DNA of 64,000 nt from Alphaproteobacteria bacterium (GCA_965243135.1 OZ251539.1:2816001-2880000), one strand, 5' to 3'. Positions 39,094 through 50,100 are shown, numbered from the stretch's first letter. Translations and numbers: made by a program. The notes: generated by a model from the sequence alone, not told the origin.

Positions 39094-40188
39094 ATGCGGA
39101 CTCGTCTGACCGACGCCAAGATCGCCGCGCTGCGGCCGCGCGAACGGGAGTACACGGTCTGGGACGAGCGGATCTCCGGGCTCGGGGTTCGCGTGCGTCC
39201 GTCCGGGCATCGCAGCTACGTTTTTCTCCGCAACGGTCGCAGGGCATCGCTCGGCCCGGCAGCGCTCAAGGCGGTCGACGAGGCGCGCCGCGAATGCCTC
39301 GAGGGCGTCGCGCCTGCGGAAACGGCACCGTCGTTCGGGGATTTCGTCGCGAACCAGTGGAAAACCGCCTGCTGCATGCATTTCAAGCCGTCGACGCAAC
39401 GGACGGTGAACTCCATTCTGAACAGCCAGTTGCTGCCGACCTTCGGTTCCACGCCGCTCGACCGGATCACCGCGGCGGAAGTCGGCCGCTGGTTCGACCG
39501 GTACAGCCGGACGGCGCCCGGCGGAGCCAACGGGACGCTGGACATATTACTGCAGATAATGAACCATGCGATCATGCGCGGTCACATCGAAAGGAATCCG
39601 GCGCAAGGCATCAAGCGGAACAGGCGTCCAAGGATCACCCGCTTCCTGTCGCGAGAGGAACTCCGTCGTCTCCATGCGGAACTGGACGTTTGCGGGCGCG
39701 GGACGCGCAAGCAGCAGGCGGACATCATCCGTCTTCTGCTGGCGACCGGCTGCCGGAAGAACGAAATCGTGAAGCTGCAATGGCGCGAAGTGGACGAAAC
39801 CGCGCTCAATCTCGCGGACAGCAAGACGGGACCGCGAAAGGTCTTTCTGAACGCGCAGGCCCGCGCCATCGTCGAGCGCCAGATCCGGACCGGGAGCCCA
39901 TACGTCTTTCCGTCGGCATCGGACCCGCGGCTCCCGCAATCGGACAAGCTTCCGCTCTGGCACGAGGCGAGGAAGCGGGCGGGGATCGAAGATGTCCGCC
40001 TGCACGATCTGCGGCATACCTTCGCCAGCCACGCCGTCATGCAGGGGGTTCCGCTGCCGGTCGTGGCGCGGCTGCTCGGTCATCGGGACGTGCAGATGAC
40101 TTTGCGCTACGCGCATGTCGCCGACAGGGATGTCGAGGCGGCGGCGGAACGGATAGGAAGCACAATCTCAGGTCTTCTGGACGGTTAG
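39094..40188 (+). CDS. Tyrosine recombinase/integrase with arm-binding domain (copy 2)
   Basis: VWDERISGLGVRVRPSG, TGCRKNE, KTG, HDLRHTF, LLGH, RYAH; starts 3 bp after copy 1. Confidence 0.93.
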   Translation: MRTRLTDAKIAALRPREREYTVWDERISGLGVRVRPSGHRSYVFLRNGRRASLGPAALKAVDEARRECLEGVAPAETAPSFGDFVANQWKTACCMHFKPSTQRTVNSILNSQLLPTFGSTPLDRITAAEVGRWFDRYSRTAPGGANGTLDILLQIMNHAIMRGHIERNPAQGIKRNRRPRITRFLSREELRRLHAELDVCGRGTRKQQADIIRLLLATGCRKNEIVKLQWREVDETALNLADSKTGPRKVFLNAQARAIVERQIRTGSPYVFPSASDPRLPQSDKLPLWHEARKRAGIEDVRLHDLRHTFASHAVMQGVPLPVVARLLGHRDVQMTLRYAHVADRDVEAAAERIGSTISGLLDG

Positions 40189-40343
40189 CCCCATCTGCAC
40201 ACCAGCGCGATCCAGCCAGATACGGAACCGTCCGTTAAACTTTCGACCGCCGCAAGAGTTCCAATTTGGCCGGACGATCCTGAAACAGGAACTGATAGAT
40301 CGTAAAGAACGATGGATGTTCCTGCCGCAACCATTTCCGAATG

Positions 40344-41558
40344 TCATTCTGTCCTGCAGCCGTTATGCGGATTCCAAATTAATCTTCCTTCCGGTTCCAT
40401 TTTCGAGGGATTTTCCAAAAAGGCCAAGCCATCTCTGTACATGACATATTCGGTACCTCGGAGTTCCGTTGAAGAAAAACCGGCAATTTCGGACTTGGGA
40501 ATATCAGGATGTTCCGTCGGAATTTCTCTCTCTACACCAATTATATGGCTCAAATAATCTAGAAAATTTTGACAAACTTGTTTTGCGATAGCGAAATTCC
40601 CAAAGATTTGGGGAGCAATTTCGTAGTAATATCTTGGAAAAAAGTGATATCTTGGAAAAAAGTGATAGGGATCTGAAAAAATAACAAATTCCTTATCGAC
40701 GTAACGCAAAATTTCAAATTCTAAATCATAATCCTCTGGGCGGTCTATATGGAACAGGATCCACTCAATCCATCTTACGATTTCCGTTGCGCCCAAGAGA
40801 GAGAAATTAGAGCGAAACGTCGCCATAACGGGCGGCATCGGCGGATTTTCGGATTTCGAACCAGCTGAAGACGATCCGGAAGGCTGCGTCACGGGATTGG
40901 ATGTGTCCGCGACGCATAAAAATGAACCCGACCTGTTGGGTCTCGATCCAAATCCGATACTGTAACCGTTTATCACGTTTCCGTACTGGGAATGGACAGC
41001 CAAATTTGGCGTCACCTGCCTTTCGAGTTTTTTTATTGTCCTTCTCCTTATTTCTTTCGATGTAATTTTTTTGGCGAAGGATCCATGCGCTTCCACGATT
41101 ACGATCCCATGCCCGGCAGCGGGACCATCGCCGTAAATGAAATCCGGACGCGGCCTAGAAGTTGAAAATGAGCTCTCTCCGTTGTCGCGCCATGTATATC
41201 CCAGCTGATTCATGACCAGATCGGCGATCCCTGCTCCTACGCTGCCTGCAAAGGACGCCCTTGCCGCATCGGCTAGACCTCCAAAGTCAGGTGAAAGAGT
41301 GAATGAATGCCTGTTTTCGATCAACAATAAGGCTTCAATGAAGGATTTTATGCCCAAAAAAACAAGCATTCCGGGGGACGCCTGCCGCAGTGTTTCGGTT
41401 CTTGCTATCGATGCCGCAAGAGCGATCCGGTTAAAGGTCAGTTTCGCGGGAAGACCCGGAGGACGAAAGCCGGGGGTAACCCGGCTGACGCCGGCATGGC
41501 AGCGGTCAATTGGATTTACCTCAATCGGGGTAGGCAGGCTGGCGACCGGCCTGTTCAT
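40344..41558 (-). CDS. Hypothetical protein with a PD-(D/E)xK-like motif
   Basis: RPDFIY...IVIVEAHGS; ATGA overlap with the type ISP stop; AT-rich. Confidence 0.6.
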   Translation of the reverse strand: MNRPVASLPTPIEVNPIDRCHAGVSRVTPGFRPPGLPAKLTFNRIALAASIARTETLRQASPGMLVFLGIKSFIEALLLIENRHSFTLSPDFGGLADAARASFAGSVGAGIADLVMNQLGYTWRDNGESSFSTSRPRPDFIYGDGPAAGHGIVIVEAHGSFAKKITSKEIRRRTIKKLERQVTPNLAVHSQYGNVINGYSIGFGSRPNRSGSFLCVADTSNPVTQPSGSSSAGSKSENPPMPPVMATFRSNFSLLGATEIVRWIEWILFHIDRPEDYDLEFEILRYVDKEFVIFSDPYHFFPRYHFFPRYYYEIAPQIFGNFAIAKQVCQNFLDYLSHIIGVEREIPTEHPDIPKSEIAGFSSTELRGTEYVMYRDGLAFLENPSKMEPEGRLIWNPHNGCRTE

Positions 41559-44500
41559 GATCGGCCTTCCGTAAAGACATCGGGGAGATTTCGGACAGTG
41601 CTGTCGGTTTCGACGCTGACGTGGACGATGCGGCGAATGGCGGCGATCAGGTCGCACGGGTCTTCGAACCAACCATTTGGGTCGTTGACTATGCCGCTCT
41701 TGCTATCCTGTACGATCCTGTATCGGTCGATAAACCATTCCAGCGGCGTTCTTCCGTTGATCTGATATCGGTGAGCGGCATCGGGAATGCCGCTCAGGCG
41801 GACATGATCGTTTATCCGCAGGGTCGTTTTTTCTTCGCCGATGAACCGCATTGCCCGCTCGCCGAAGCGAAAATGTTCCGGTCGAGGCTCTCCGGAACCG
41901 GAAAACTCGACATCGAGCGGGTACTCGTCGCAGTTCTCGTATTGAAGATGAAGATCGGCGAGTCTGCATCCGGCCTCGGCGAAAGCATGGAAATCCGCCG
42001 CGAACGGTATGCGAGGCAATTCCTTGGTCAAGTCGTTCGCGAAACGCTCCCGATAATCCGGATGATGCAGGACTGCGTAGACGTAATCGAATATCGCGTC
42101 TTTCGAGATGGAGTTGTCGCCGTATTTTATGCGAAACACGCGAAGGGCCGTATCGGTGACGTTGTCCGCTCGTTCGAGTTCCGGTTCAAGCCCCGGAAGC
42201 TCGTTCTGCGCGTTTTCCGAGCGCTGATAGCGGTATCGCGGAAAGCACTGACCGAATTCGATCAAATGAAGATCCGGTATCGAATCCACAATCAATGCGG
42301 AAAACGGCTTTGTAGAACCCATACCAGGAAGGCATATGGCCACGTTCCGCTGCGACCTGCCCGGAAAAATCGAGTCGATCTGATATTTCCTTTGAGCGAA
42401 GAAATGATCGGCATATAAATTCATCGCAATAAACGGACGATAAGTTGTCTTGCAGATGTTGTTTTCTTCGAACGTTCTGTATTTTCTTCTTCTCAGATTA
42501 TCCTTTAGCGTTTGATCCCAATGCAGCCTGGAAGAAGATACGACGACGTCGACGATTTGATTTATTTCCAACTTTGAAACACTTTTCTTGTTTTGCAGAG
42601 CTTTCTCGAATTTCTTGAGTGCGTCACAGTAGTCGTCAACCATCCTACGCGCTTTCTCCGTGCAAGCAGAGCGAGAAAAATTGTACACATACGCATCCCT
42701 GCCGGTCTTGTAACCGTTGCTGAACAGTTTGAATATCGCCTCGTCCGTTTTGCCGGCCTTCGCGTCCTTCGAACCTATCGGATAGAGGTTCCCGAACTCC
42801 TCGCTGCGTTGTCCGATCCAGTCGTGATGGCGGTCGGGCGCGATTTCCTTCCAGTCGTCGATGCCCGCGATCGATCCCTTTTCCTGCAGGAAGGTCAGCT
42901 TCTCCTCGCGCGTCAGGTAGTCCCCGACGTCGCGATAGAGGATGCGGCAGCCGTCGCGGTCCGCCTTCGGGTTGCGGACCAGCACCGTGATCGCCACCGG
43001 CGCGCGGGATCCCTGCCCGAATACGTTATCTCCCTCCTTGCGTCGCAGTTCTCCCGAAGTCCTCGCGTTGCCCCGCAGGTTCAGGACGTGGATGGACGTG
43101 AACTCCTCGGCGAGGCAGGCCCGCACGCCGGAATCGACATGGCTGTCGATCCACGAGCCGTTGGTGACGACGGCGACGACGCCCTGCTCGCCGATGCGGT
43201 CGGACGCCCAGCGGATCGCCATCTTGTAGGTGTCGTAGAGGCTGTTCTTGTTCGTCGCCCGCGATCGCGCGGCGTAGGTCTCGGCGACCCGGCGTTCGAG
43301 TTCCGGATAGTCGACGTTCGGATTGTCGTCGGCTGAACTCTTCTGCCATGCCGACCAAGGCGGGTTGCCGACGACGACCTGGATCGGCAGGTTCTGCTGC
43401 CGTTCCACGCGCTCGCTGTTGCCGGGAAGCCATTCCTTCGGAAAACCGGTCCGCTCCGTGTGAAGGTTGAAGGTGTCGGCAAGCGCGATGCCATTGAACG
43501 GTTCGTACCCCCCCCCCCCCCCCCGCCGGCCGTGGAAGGCCTCTTCGATATGGACCGCCGCGATGTAGTAGGCGAGGAGAACGATCTCGTTGGCGTGAAG
43601 TTCCCCGCGGAACTTCCGTTCCAGATCGGCGTCCGCGATCAGCGCGGACTGGAGAAGCCGGACGAGGAAGATGCCGGTGCCGGTGAACGGGTCGAGCACG
43701 TTGACGCCCTCGTCGCTCAGCGAGCGACCGAATTCCTCCCTCGATACATGGTCGGCGCTGCGCAGGATGAAGTTCACCACCTCGACCGGCGTATAGACGA
43801 TGCCGAGCTTGTCCGCCTCCTTCTTCAGCGCCGTCGCGAAGAACTTCTGGTAGAGTTCCATCAGCACATGCTGGCGCGCGTCGCTGTTGTCGAGGCCGCG
43901 AGCGCGCATTCGGACGCTCTCGTAGAAGCTCTCCAGACCCTCCAGTTCGTTTCCCAATCCGAATTCCCCGAAATCCTCCCGCAACGCGTCCAGCGCCTGC
44001 GCCACCGGATTGCTCTTCGCGAATTCGTAATGCTCGAACAGCGCCTCGAAGACCGGCTGCGTCAGGACATGCTGCGCCATCATGTCGACGGCGCCGACGC
44101 GGGTAATCGACTCGTTGATCGACGCCTTGAGTTCGCCGAGAAAGGCGTCGAACCATTCCCGCAGGGTCTCGTTGGCAGAATCGTCCAGAAGGTTTCCGAT
44201 CCGGAGGACCAGACGCGCGAAGATGTCGGCGACGTCCTTCGCCCAGCTTTCCCAGTACCGCCGGTCGCCGCATTTCTCGACGACCCCGGCGAAGATCGCG
44301 CCGGGCGGAACGTCGAGCGGCGGAAAGGGCAGCGTCCGTTCGGAGGGTTCGTCGTTCCCGGCGGATCCGCCGTTTCCGTCCCAGATGACGATTCGCGGGG
44401 TAGGCGTGTTGTTGAGGTCGATCCTGTTGATCTCGGCGTCGAACCGGTCGTCGTGGGAACGCAGGGAGCGCAACACGCCCCAGACGGCGGCGAACCGCTC

Positions 44501-46312
44501 GTTGTCGTCCAGAGCGCGGTCCGGATCGACATCGGGCGGAACGGCGACCGGCAGCACGATGTAGCCGTATTCCTTGCCCTCGGCCTTGCGCATGGCCCGA
44601 CCGACCGCCTGCACGATGTCGACCTGGGAGTTGCGCGGACTCATGAACAGCACCGCGTCGAGCGCCGGCACGTCGATCCCCTCCGACAGGCAGCGCGCGT
44701 TGGTCAGTATTCGGCAGGCGCTCCGATCGCCCTCCTTCAGCCATTCGATCCGCCGCTTGCGGTCGAGCGCGTTGTGCTGTCCGTCGACGTGCTTGGTCTC
44801 GCACCGGAAATCCGCAGGACGCTCGTCCTCGGGCAACAGTTCCATGGCCTGCGCGACGATCGGTCCCCAATGCCGCTCCAGTTTCTGCGAATCCTTGATC
44901 CTGCCGTTGAACGCGATCGCCCGGCCCAGCGGCATAGATTCGTCGGCGTTCTCCGGATTCTGAAGCACCCGCCAGCACCCGACGATCTTCGCCGCGTCGG
45001 TCAGGTTGATCTCGCCGTCGCCCTCGGCCAGATGCGCCCGGAGCGCCGGATCCGCCGCATCCTCCCGCACCACGAGGATCACCACCTTGTAGTCGGACAG
45101 CAGGTTCCGTTCGATCGCCCGCGAAAACGGCAGACGATGGAATTCGGGGCCGAAAGTCTCCTCGTCGTCCATCGAGAACACTTCGACGGCCCGGTTCGCC
45201 GCTTTCGCCTTCGCCCCCTCGGCATAGATGCGCGGCGTCGCGGTCATGTACAGCCGCTTTTCCGCCGCAATCTTCTCCGCGTCGTGGATCAGCACGAACG
45301 GAGACGTCGACTTGTCGGGGATTTCCACGCCGGTCGTCCGGTGGGCTTCGTCGCAGATCGCGAGATCGAACCCGGGAGCGCCCTGCGCCTGCGCCCGCTC
45401 CACCAGAGGCAGCGACTGGTAGGTGCAGAAAACCACCGTCATCGCGTCGTTCCCCGCGCCCCGAAGCGCTTCCAGGATCGCGTCCGGATTCGTGGTGACC
45501 GGAATTTCCAGTTCCTCCATCGAGGCGTCCTCGTTCGTGCGGCCGGCCCGCGTGTCGGAGCAGATCCCGACGTAGCGGTGCGGAATCTCCCGGTGGGTCG
45601 CCCACTCGCGCATCGATTGCTGGAAGAGGGAGATCGACGGAACCAGATAAAGCACCCGCCGGCCGACGCCGGCAACGGCTTCCGCGATGCGCAGCGCCGT
45701 GAAGGTCTTGCCGGTGCCGCAGGCCATGACGAGCTTGCCGCGGCCGCGGTTCCTGAAACCCCCGACCGCGTCGTCGAAAGCCTCCCGCTGATGCGGGCGC
45801 AGGCTGAACGCCTCGCCCCGCCACGAAAGATTCTCGGGTTCCTCGCTGGCCAGATCCGGCCAGTCGAAAGGCCGGCCGGCCAGATCGCCGAAACGCAGGA
45901 CGCCGCAAGACGGCTTCAGGCCCTTGACGATCTTGAGAGCGTTGGGCCCCCAGCCGTCGCCGGTGTCGACGACGATGCGGGCCGTGAAGGGATCGCGCGC
46001 CGACGCGGAAATGAAAGAATCGAGATCGGGCTTCGAAATTCGCGTATCGGAGGCGTAGCACTTGCACTGGATGGCGCAGAAGCCGCCGTCCCGCTCATCG
46101 GCGACGAGATCGATTCCGATGTCTCGTCCGTCGAAGTCCGGCCTGATTTCCGCCCATTCGGACCACAACCAGACATTCGAAAAGCGTTCCGCATAGAGAG
46201 GATCCCTGACGAAGAAGGTCTTCATCAGCCGCTCGAACAGACGGCCCTTCTCCGCCTGCGACTCGGCGATCGCCCGGATGTGGTCCAGCGTTCTCTGAAA
46301 TCCGTCGATCAT
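41555..46312 (-). CDS. Type ISP restriction-modification enzyme (Mrr-like nuclease, SF2 helicase, N6-adenine MTase, TRD), LlaGI/LlaBIII-like
   Basis: GIDLVA..AIQCK; MACGTGKT, DEAHRT, MTATP, QAVGRAMRK; LDPFTGTG, GNPPW, NLRGN. Confidence 0.93.
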   Translation of the reverse strand: MIDGFQRTLDHIRAIAESQAEKGRLFERLMKTFFVRDPLYAERFSNVWLWSEWAEIRPDFDGRDIGIDLVADERDGGFCAIQCKCYASDTRISKPDLDSFISASARDPFTARIVVDTGDGWGPNALKIVKGLKPSCGVLRFGDLAGRPFDWPDLASEEPENLSWRGEAFSLRPHQREAFDDAVGGFRNRGRGKLVMACGTGKTFTALRIAEAVAGVGRRVLYLVPSISLFQQSMREWATHREIPHRYVGICSDTRAGRTNEDASMEELEIPVTTNPDAILEALRGAGNDAMTVVFCTYQSLPLVERAQAQGAPGFDLAICDEAHRTTGVEIPDKSTSPFVLIHDAEKIAAEKRLYMTATPRIYAEGAKAKAANRAVEVFSMDDEETFGPEFHRLPFSRAIERNLLSDYKVVILVVREDAADPALRAHLAEGDGEINLTDAAKIVGCWRVLQNPENADESMPLGRAIAFNGRIKDSQKLERHWGPIVAQAMELLPEDERPADFRCETKHVDGQHNALDRKRRIEWLKEGDRSACRILTNARCLSEGIDVPALDAVLFMSPRNSQVDIVQAVGRAMRKAEGKEYGYIVLPVAVPPDVDPDRALDDNERFAAVWGVLRSLRSHDDRFDAEINRIDLNNTPTPRIVIWDGNGGSAGNDEPSERTLPFPPLDVPPGAIFAGVVEKCGDRRYWESWAKDVADIFARLVLRIGNLLDDSANETLREWFDAFLGELKASINESITRVGAVDMMAQHVLTQPVFEALFEHYEFAKSNPVAQALDALREDFGEFGLGNELEGLESFYESVRMRARGLDNSDARQHVLMELYQKFFATALKKEADKLGIVYTPVEVVNFILRSADHVSREEFGRSLSDEGVNVLDPFTGTGIFLVRLLQSALIADADLERKFRGELHANEIVLLAYYIAAVHIEEAFHGRRGGGGGYEPFNGIALADTFNLHTERTGFPKEWLPGNSERVERQQNLPIQVVVGNPPWSAWQKSSADDNPNVDYPELERRVAETYAARSRATNKNSLYDTYKMAIRWASDRIGEQGVVAVVTNGSWIDSHVDSGVRACLAEEFTSIHVLNLRGNARTSGELRRKEGDNVFGQGSRAPVAITVLVRNPKADRDGCRILYRDVGDYLTREEKLTFLQEKGSIAGIDDWKEIAPDRHHDWIGQRSEEFGNLYPIGSKDAKAGKTDEAIFKLFSNGYKTGRDAYVYNFSRSACTEKARRMVDDYCDALKKFEKALQNKKSVSKLEINQIVDVVVSSSRLHWDQTLKDNLRRRKYRTFEENNICKTTYRPFIAMNLYADHFFAQRKYQIDSIFPGRSQRNVAICLPGMGSTKPFSALIVDSIPDLHLIEFGQCFPRYRYQRSENAQNELPGLEPELERADNVTDTALRVFRIKYGDNSISKDAIFDYVYAVLHHPDYRERFANDLTKELPRIPFAADFHAFAEAGCRLADLHLQYENCDEYPLDVEFSGSGEPRPEHFRFGERAMRFIGEEKTTLRINDHVRLSGIPDAAHRYQINGRTPLEWFIDRYRIVQDSKSGIVNDPNGWFEDPCDLIAAIRRIVHVSVETDSTVRNLPDVFTEGRS
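43508..43524 (-). repeat. Homopolymer G17 (coding strand) inside the type ISP MTase domain
   Basis: Run of 17 C on the plus strand; encodes RGGGGGY. Confidence 0.9.
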
Positions 46313-46459
46313 TTGTTTTCCTCGCGGCAACCGTCTGACTTCCTTTATCCTGACGCTCGTTCGTAAAGTCGAATCCCGATGCCGGGTCTGCCGAAGCGGC
46401 GCCGCGGGCCGGAGGCGGGTTCCCGCGGCAAGCGGGGTGCGGCGGACAGTCCGCGCCGC

Positions 46460-47125
46460 TCAAGGCCAGACGATCTCGCAGCGCGCGTTTTTTCCCGCCC
46501 GGCGCGCCGCGGCGATGCAGTCCCGGAGTTCGGGGCCGTAGCGGTACCAGAGATAATCCCGCCAGCCGTCCGAGGGGTCCGGGAGAACGCCGCGGTCGCG
46601 CTGAAGCAGCGCGCCGGCGTACGCGGCGGCAGCCACGGCCGCAGCGACGGCGAGGGCCAGCGCCAACCGGCGGAGAAAGGAGCGCCAACCGGCGCGGGGC
46701 CGCAGAGATTCCTGAAGGTCCGCCACGTTGTCGGCGAGGCGGCTCTCGCGCGCGGCGCGGTCGCGGATCTCCTTCAGGACCTCCGAAGCGGGCAGCGCGC
46801 GCTCGGCGACGGCGGCGATGCCGGCGGCGAGCCGGCCTTCCGTTTCGGCGAGGAGGAGGCGGAGGTCTCTCCGGTTCAGCGGCGGGTCCGCCGGAGCCGG
46901 CGCAGTCCGGGAGGCCGCCTCGCCCGGCGCCGGATCCGCGCCGGAGACTCCGCCGTGCAGCGCGGGAGGCGCGGCAGGGCTCGAGTCCCGCTTTTCGCCG
47001 CGCGGCGGCGGGGCCGCCCGCTCGCGCCTGCGGAGTTCCTCTTCGATCCTGCGGTCTTCGTCCACCGGCGGAACGTCTCCGTCGTGGTAGGATGGCGGGA
47101 TGGTCGCGACCGTCACCGCCATCAC
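46460..47125 (-). CDS. Hypothetical protein with one transmembrane helix, divergent from the relaxase (start uncertain)
   Basis: Hydrophobic LALALAVAAAVAAAAYAGALL; Trp/Cys-rich C-terminus. Confidence 0.5.
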   Translation of the reverse strand: MMAVTVATIPPSYHDGDVPPVDEDRRIEEELRRRERAAPPPRGEKRDSSPAAPPALHGGVSGADPAPGEAASRTAPAPADPPLNRRDLRLLLAETEGRLAAGIAAVAERALPASEVLKEIRDRAARESRLADNVADLQESLRPRAGWRSFLRRLALALAVAAAVAAAAYAGALLQRDRGVLPDPSDGWRDYLWYRYGPELRDCIAAARRAGKNARCEIVWP

Positions 47126-50100
47126 GTCGTCGTCCTCGACAGTGCACTATTTCGAGAAGGACGGCTACTACGCGAAGAACGATCCCGAGCACCGGCGCGC
47201 CAGCCGCTGGCGCGGCAGCGGCGCGAAGGAGCTCGGGTTGCGCGGACAGGTCGATCCCCGCAGGTTCGAGCGGATCCTGCAGGGCCACGTTCCCGGAACC
47301 GATCTCCGTCTCGGGCGCGTCCGCGACGGGGAGCACCAGCACCGTCCGGGGGTGGACGTGACGTTTTCGGCGCCGAAGTCGGTGTCGCTCCAGGCGCTGC
47401 TGCACGGCGACGAGGCGGCGATGCGGGCGCACGACGAGGCGGTCGCGGCGACGCTGGAGTTCATCGAGGCGCGGCTGCTGGAGACCAGGGTCTACGACCC
47501 GAAGACCGGGCGGCGGAACCGGACGCGGTCGCGGAGCCTGGTGGCGGCGACGTTCCGCCACGTGGCGAGCCGCAACCTCGACCCGCAGCTGCACACGCAT
47601 TGCGTGATCGCGAACATGACGCGGGGGCCGGACGGGAAGTGGCGGAGCGTCGAGGCGACTTCCCTGCACCGGAACGCCCGGCTGATCGGGACGCATTACC
47701 GCAACGAACTGGCGAAGCGGTTGCGGGACCGCGGCTACGCGCTGGCGCCGGCGATGGTGGGCAAGATTCCGGGATTCGAGATCGCGGGCTACGGGAAGTC
47801 GACGCTGGAGGCGTTTTCGAGTCGTCGGCGCGAGGTTCTGGACTACATCCGGAAGAAGGGATGGACGTACGACGCGGCGCGGGCGCAGGCGGCGACGCTT
47901 GCGACGCGGCGGCGCAAGGCGGAGCCGCGCCGGGAGGAGCTGGAGGCGCTGTGGCGGCAGCGCGCCCGGGATCTTGGAATCGCGACCGGGGGACGGCGGC
48001 AGCGGCCGGGGCGAACGGGAAGCGGGCCGTCGGCGCTGGAGATCGTGAGCCGGGCGGCGGAGCGTCTGGAGGAGCGGAGTTCGGTGCTCGCGGCAAGCGA
48101 GCTGACGGCGCTGGCGCTGGCCCATTCTCCGGGGCGGCACGGGATCGCCGACATCGACGCGGCGATCCGGCAGCTTCAGCGCGACGGCCACCTGATCGCG
48201 GCGAAACGGTCGCGGACGGGGCCGGCGTTCGTCACCGACCGGGCGGCGCGGGCGAAGAAAGAGATCGCCTCCCGAATGAAGAAGGCGCTCGGCGCCGCGG
48301 CGCCGCTGGCTTCGGAACGAGCGGTCGAGGAACGGCTGGCGGGAACCGACCTCTTCGCCGGACAGAAGGACGCGGTTCGAACGATCCTGCTGAGCGCCGA
48401 CCGGGTGGTCGGGGTGGAAGGCTATGCCGGGGCCGGGAAGACGGCGACGCTGCGTTGCGTCCTCGATCTCGCCGGCGATCGCCCGGTTCTCGGCCTCGCG
48501 CCGTCGGCGAGCGCCGCCCGCGCCCTGGCGCGCGAGAGCGGCATCCCGGCCCGGACCTTGCAGTCCTTTCTCTGCCGGCACCGCGACGTCGCCGACAACG
48601 CGGCGAACGCCGAAACCCTGGCCGTCCGGCGCGCGGAGTTCGGCGGCGCGTTGCTGGCGGTCGACGAGATGTCGCAGGCGAGCGCGGCGCAGGCGCGCGA
48701 CCTGATGCGGATCGCCGACCGGCTCGGCGTCGGGCGGCTGGCGCTGATCGGCGACAGGAAGCAGTTGCGGGCGGCGGAGGCCGGCCAGCCCTTCCGGCAG
48801 TTGCAGGCGGCGGGGATGAAGACGACGGACCTGCGGCAGCGCTGCCCGGACCTGAAGGCGGCGGCGCTCGACGCGGGCCGTCCGGCGGCGCCCGGCAGGT
48901 TCGGCGACAACCTTCACGAGGTTCCGGCCGACGAGCTCGGCGGCGCGGCGGCGGCGATCTGGCTGCGGCTGTCGCCGGAGGACCGGGCGGAGACCGCGAT
49001 CCTCGCGCCGACCCGCGAACTGCGGGCGGCGATCAATGACGCGGTGCGCGAGGGGCTGGCGCAGGAAGGCGCGCTGCGCGGGCGGGAACTGGAGATCGAG
49101 ACCCTGGTCGATCTCGGCATGACGCGGGCGCAGAAGGGCGACGTCCGCAACTGGCGGGAAGGCGACGTGGCGGTGTTCGCGTACGACCTCTACCCGTACC
49201 GCATCCGGGCCGGGGAGGCCTGCGCGGTGACCGGGATCGCGGACGGCCGGGTGACGCTGGCCCATCCGGACGGCAGGCCGCGGCGGATCGACCCGTCGGG
49301 CTACCTCCGCTACCGGCTGGACCTGTTCGAGGCGCGCCCGATCCGCATCCGGGCGGGGGACGCGATCCGCTGGACGCGCAACGACGTCCGGCGCGGGCTG
49401 ATCGACGGCGAGCGGGCCGAGACGCTCCGGATCGGCACCCGCGCCCTGCGGCTGCGGATCGCGGGCGGCGGGGAGTTGACGTTGCGGCGCGACGATCCGC
49501 ATCTGCGGCACGTCGCGCACGCCTGGGCATCGCCGGCGGCGCAGGGGATCGGGCGGAACAACGTGATCGCGGCGCTGGATTCGGGGCACGGGCAGCTGAG
49601 CGACCAGCGGACGCTCTACATGGAGATCAACCGGGCGCGGCGAAACGCGGTGGTGCTGACCGACAACCGGGAGGCGCTGATGGAGGCGCTCGAGGCCGGC
49701 GAGCGGCTGGCGGCGGGGGAGGATCTCCGGCCGGCGCCCGGCAAGAAGCTGGCGCCGGTCCGCCGTCCGGGCCCGAGCCGGGCGGAGGTCTACCGCCAAT
49801 GGCGGACGGACCGCGATCGGCACGCCGGGGCGGCGGCGCGGGCCGGGCTGCATCCGATCCATCTTCCCGGCTACGAAGCGCTGCGCGCCCGGCTGGGGGA
49901 TCTCGCGCTGCCGCCGCGCCTTCCGGAAAGTCTCCGTCGGCAGGTCGCGGGCGAAATCGTCCGGCACGACGAGGCGGTCGCGGAGGCGGCGCGCGCGGCG
50001 CGATGTCTGGAAAGCGTCGAGACCGGTCTGGCGCGGCGCGAGGCCGGATTGGCGCCCGCGTCATACGAAGACTGGCGCTTCGAACTGGAGTCGGCCGTCG

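Noticed and set aside
43026-49967. Long alternative ORFs (43026-46067, 43460-46366, 46095-49967, 46379-49039)
   Set aside because: They overlap the type ISP and relaxase genes; Arg/Pro/Gly-rich translations typical of GC-rich off-frames.
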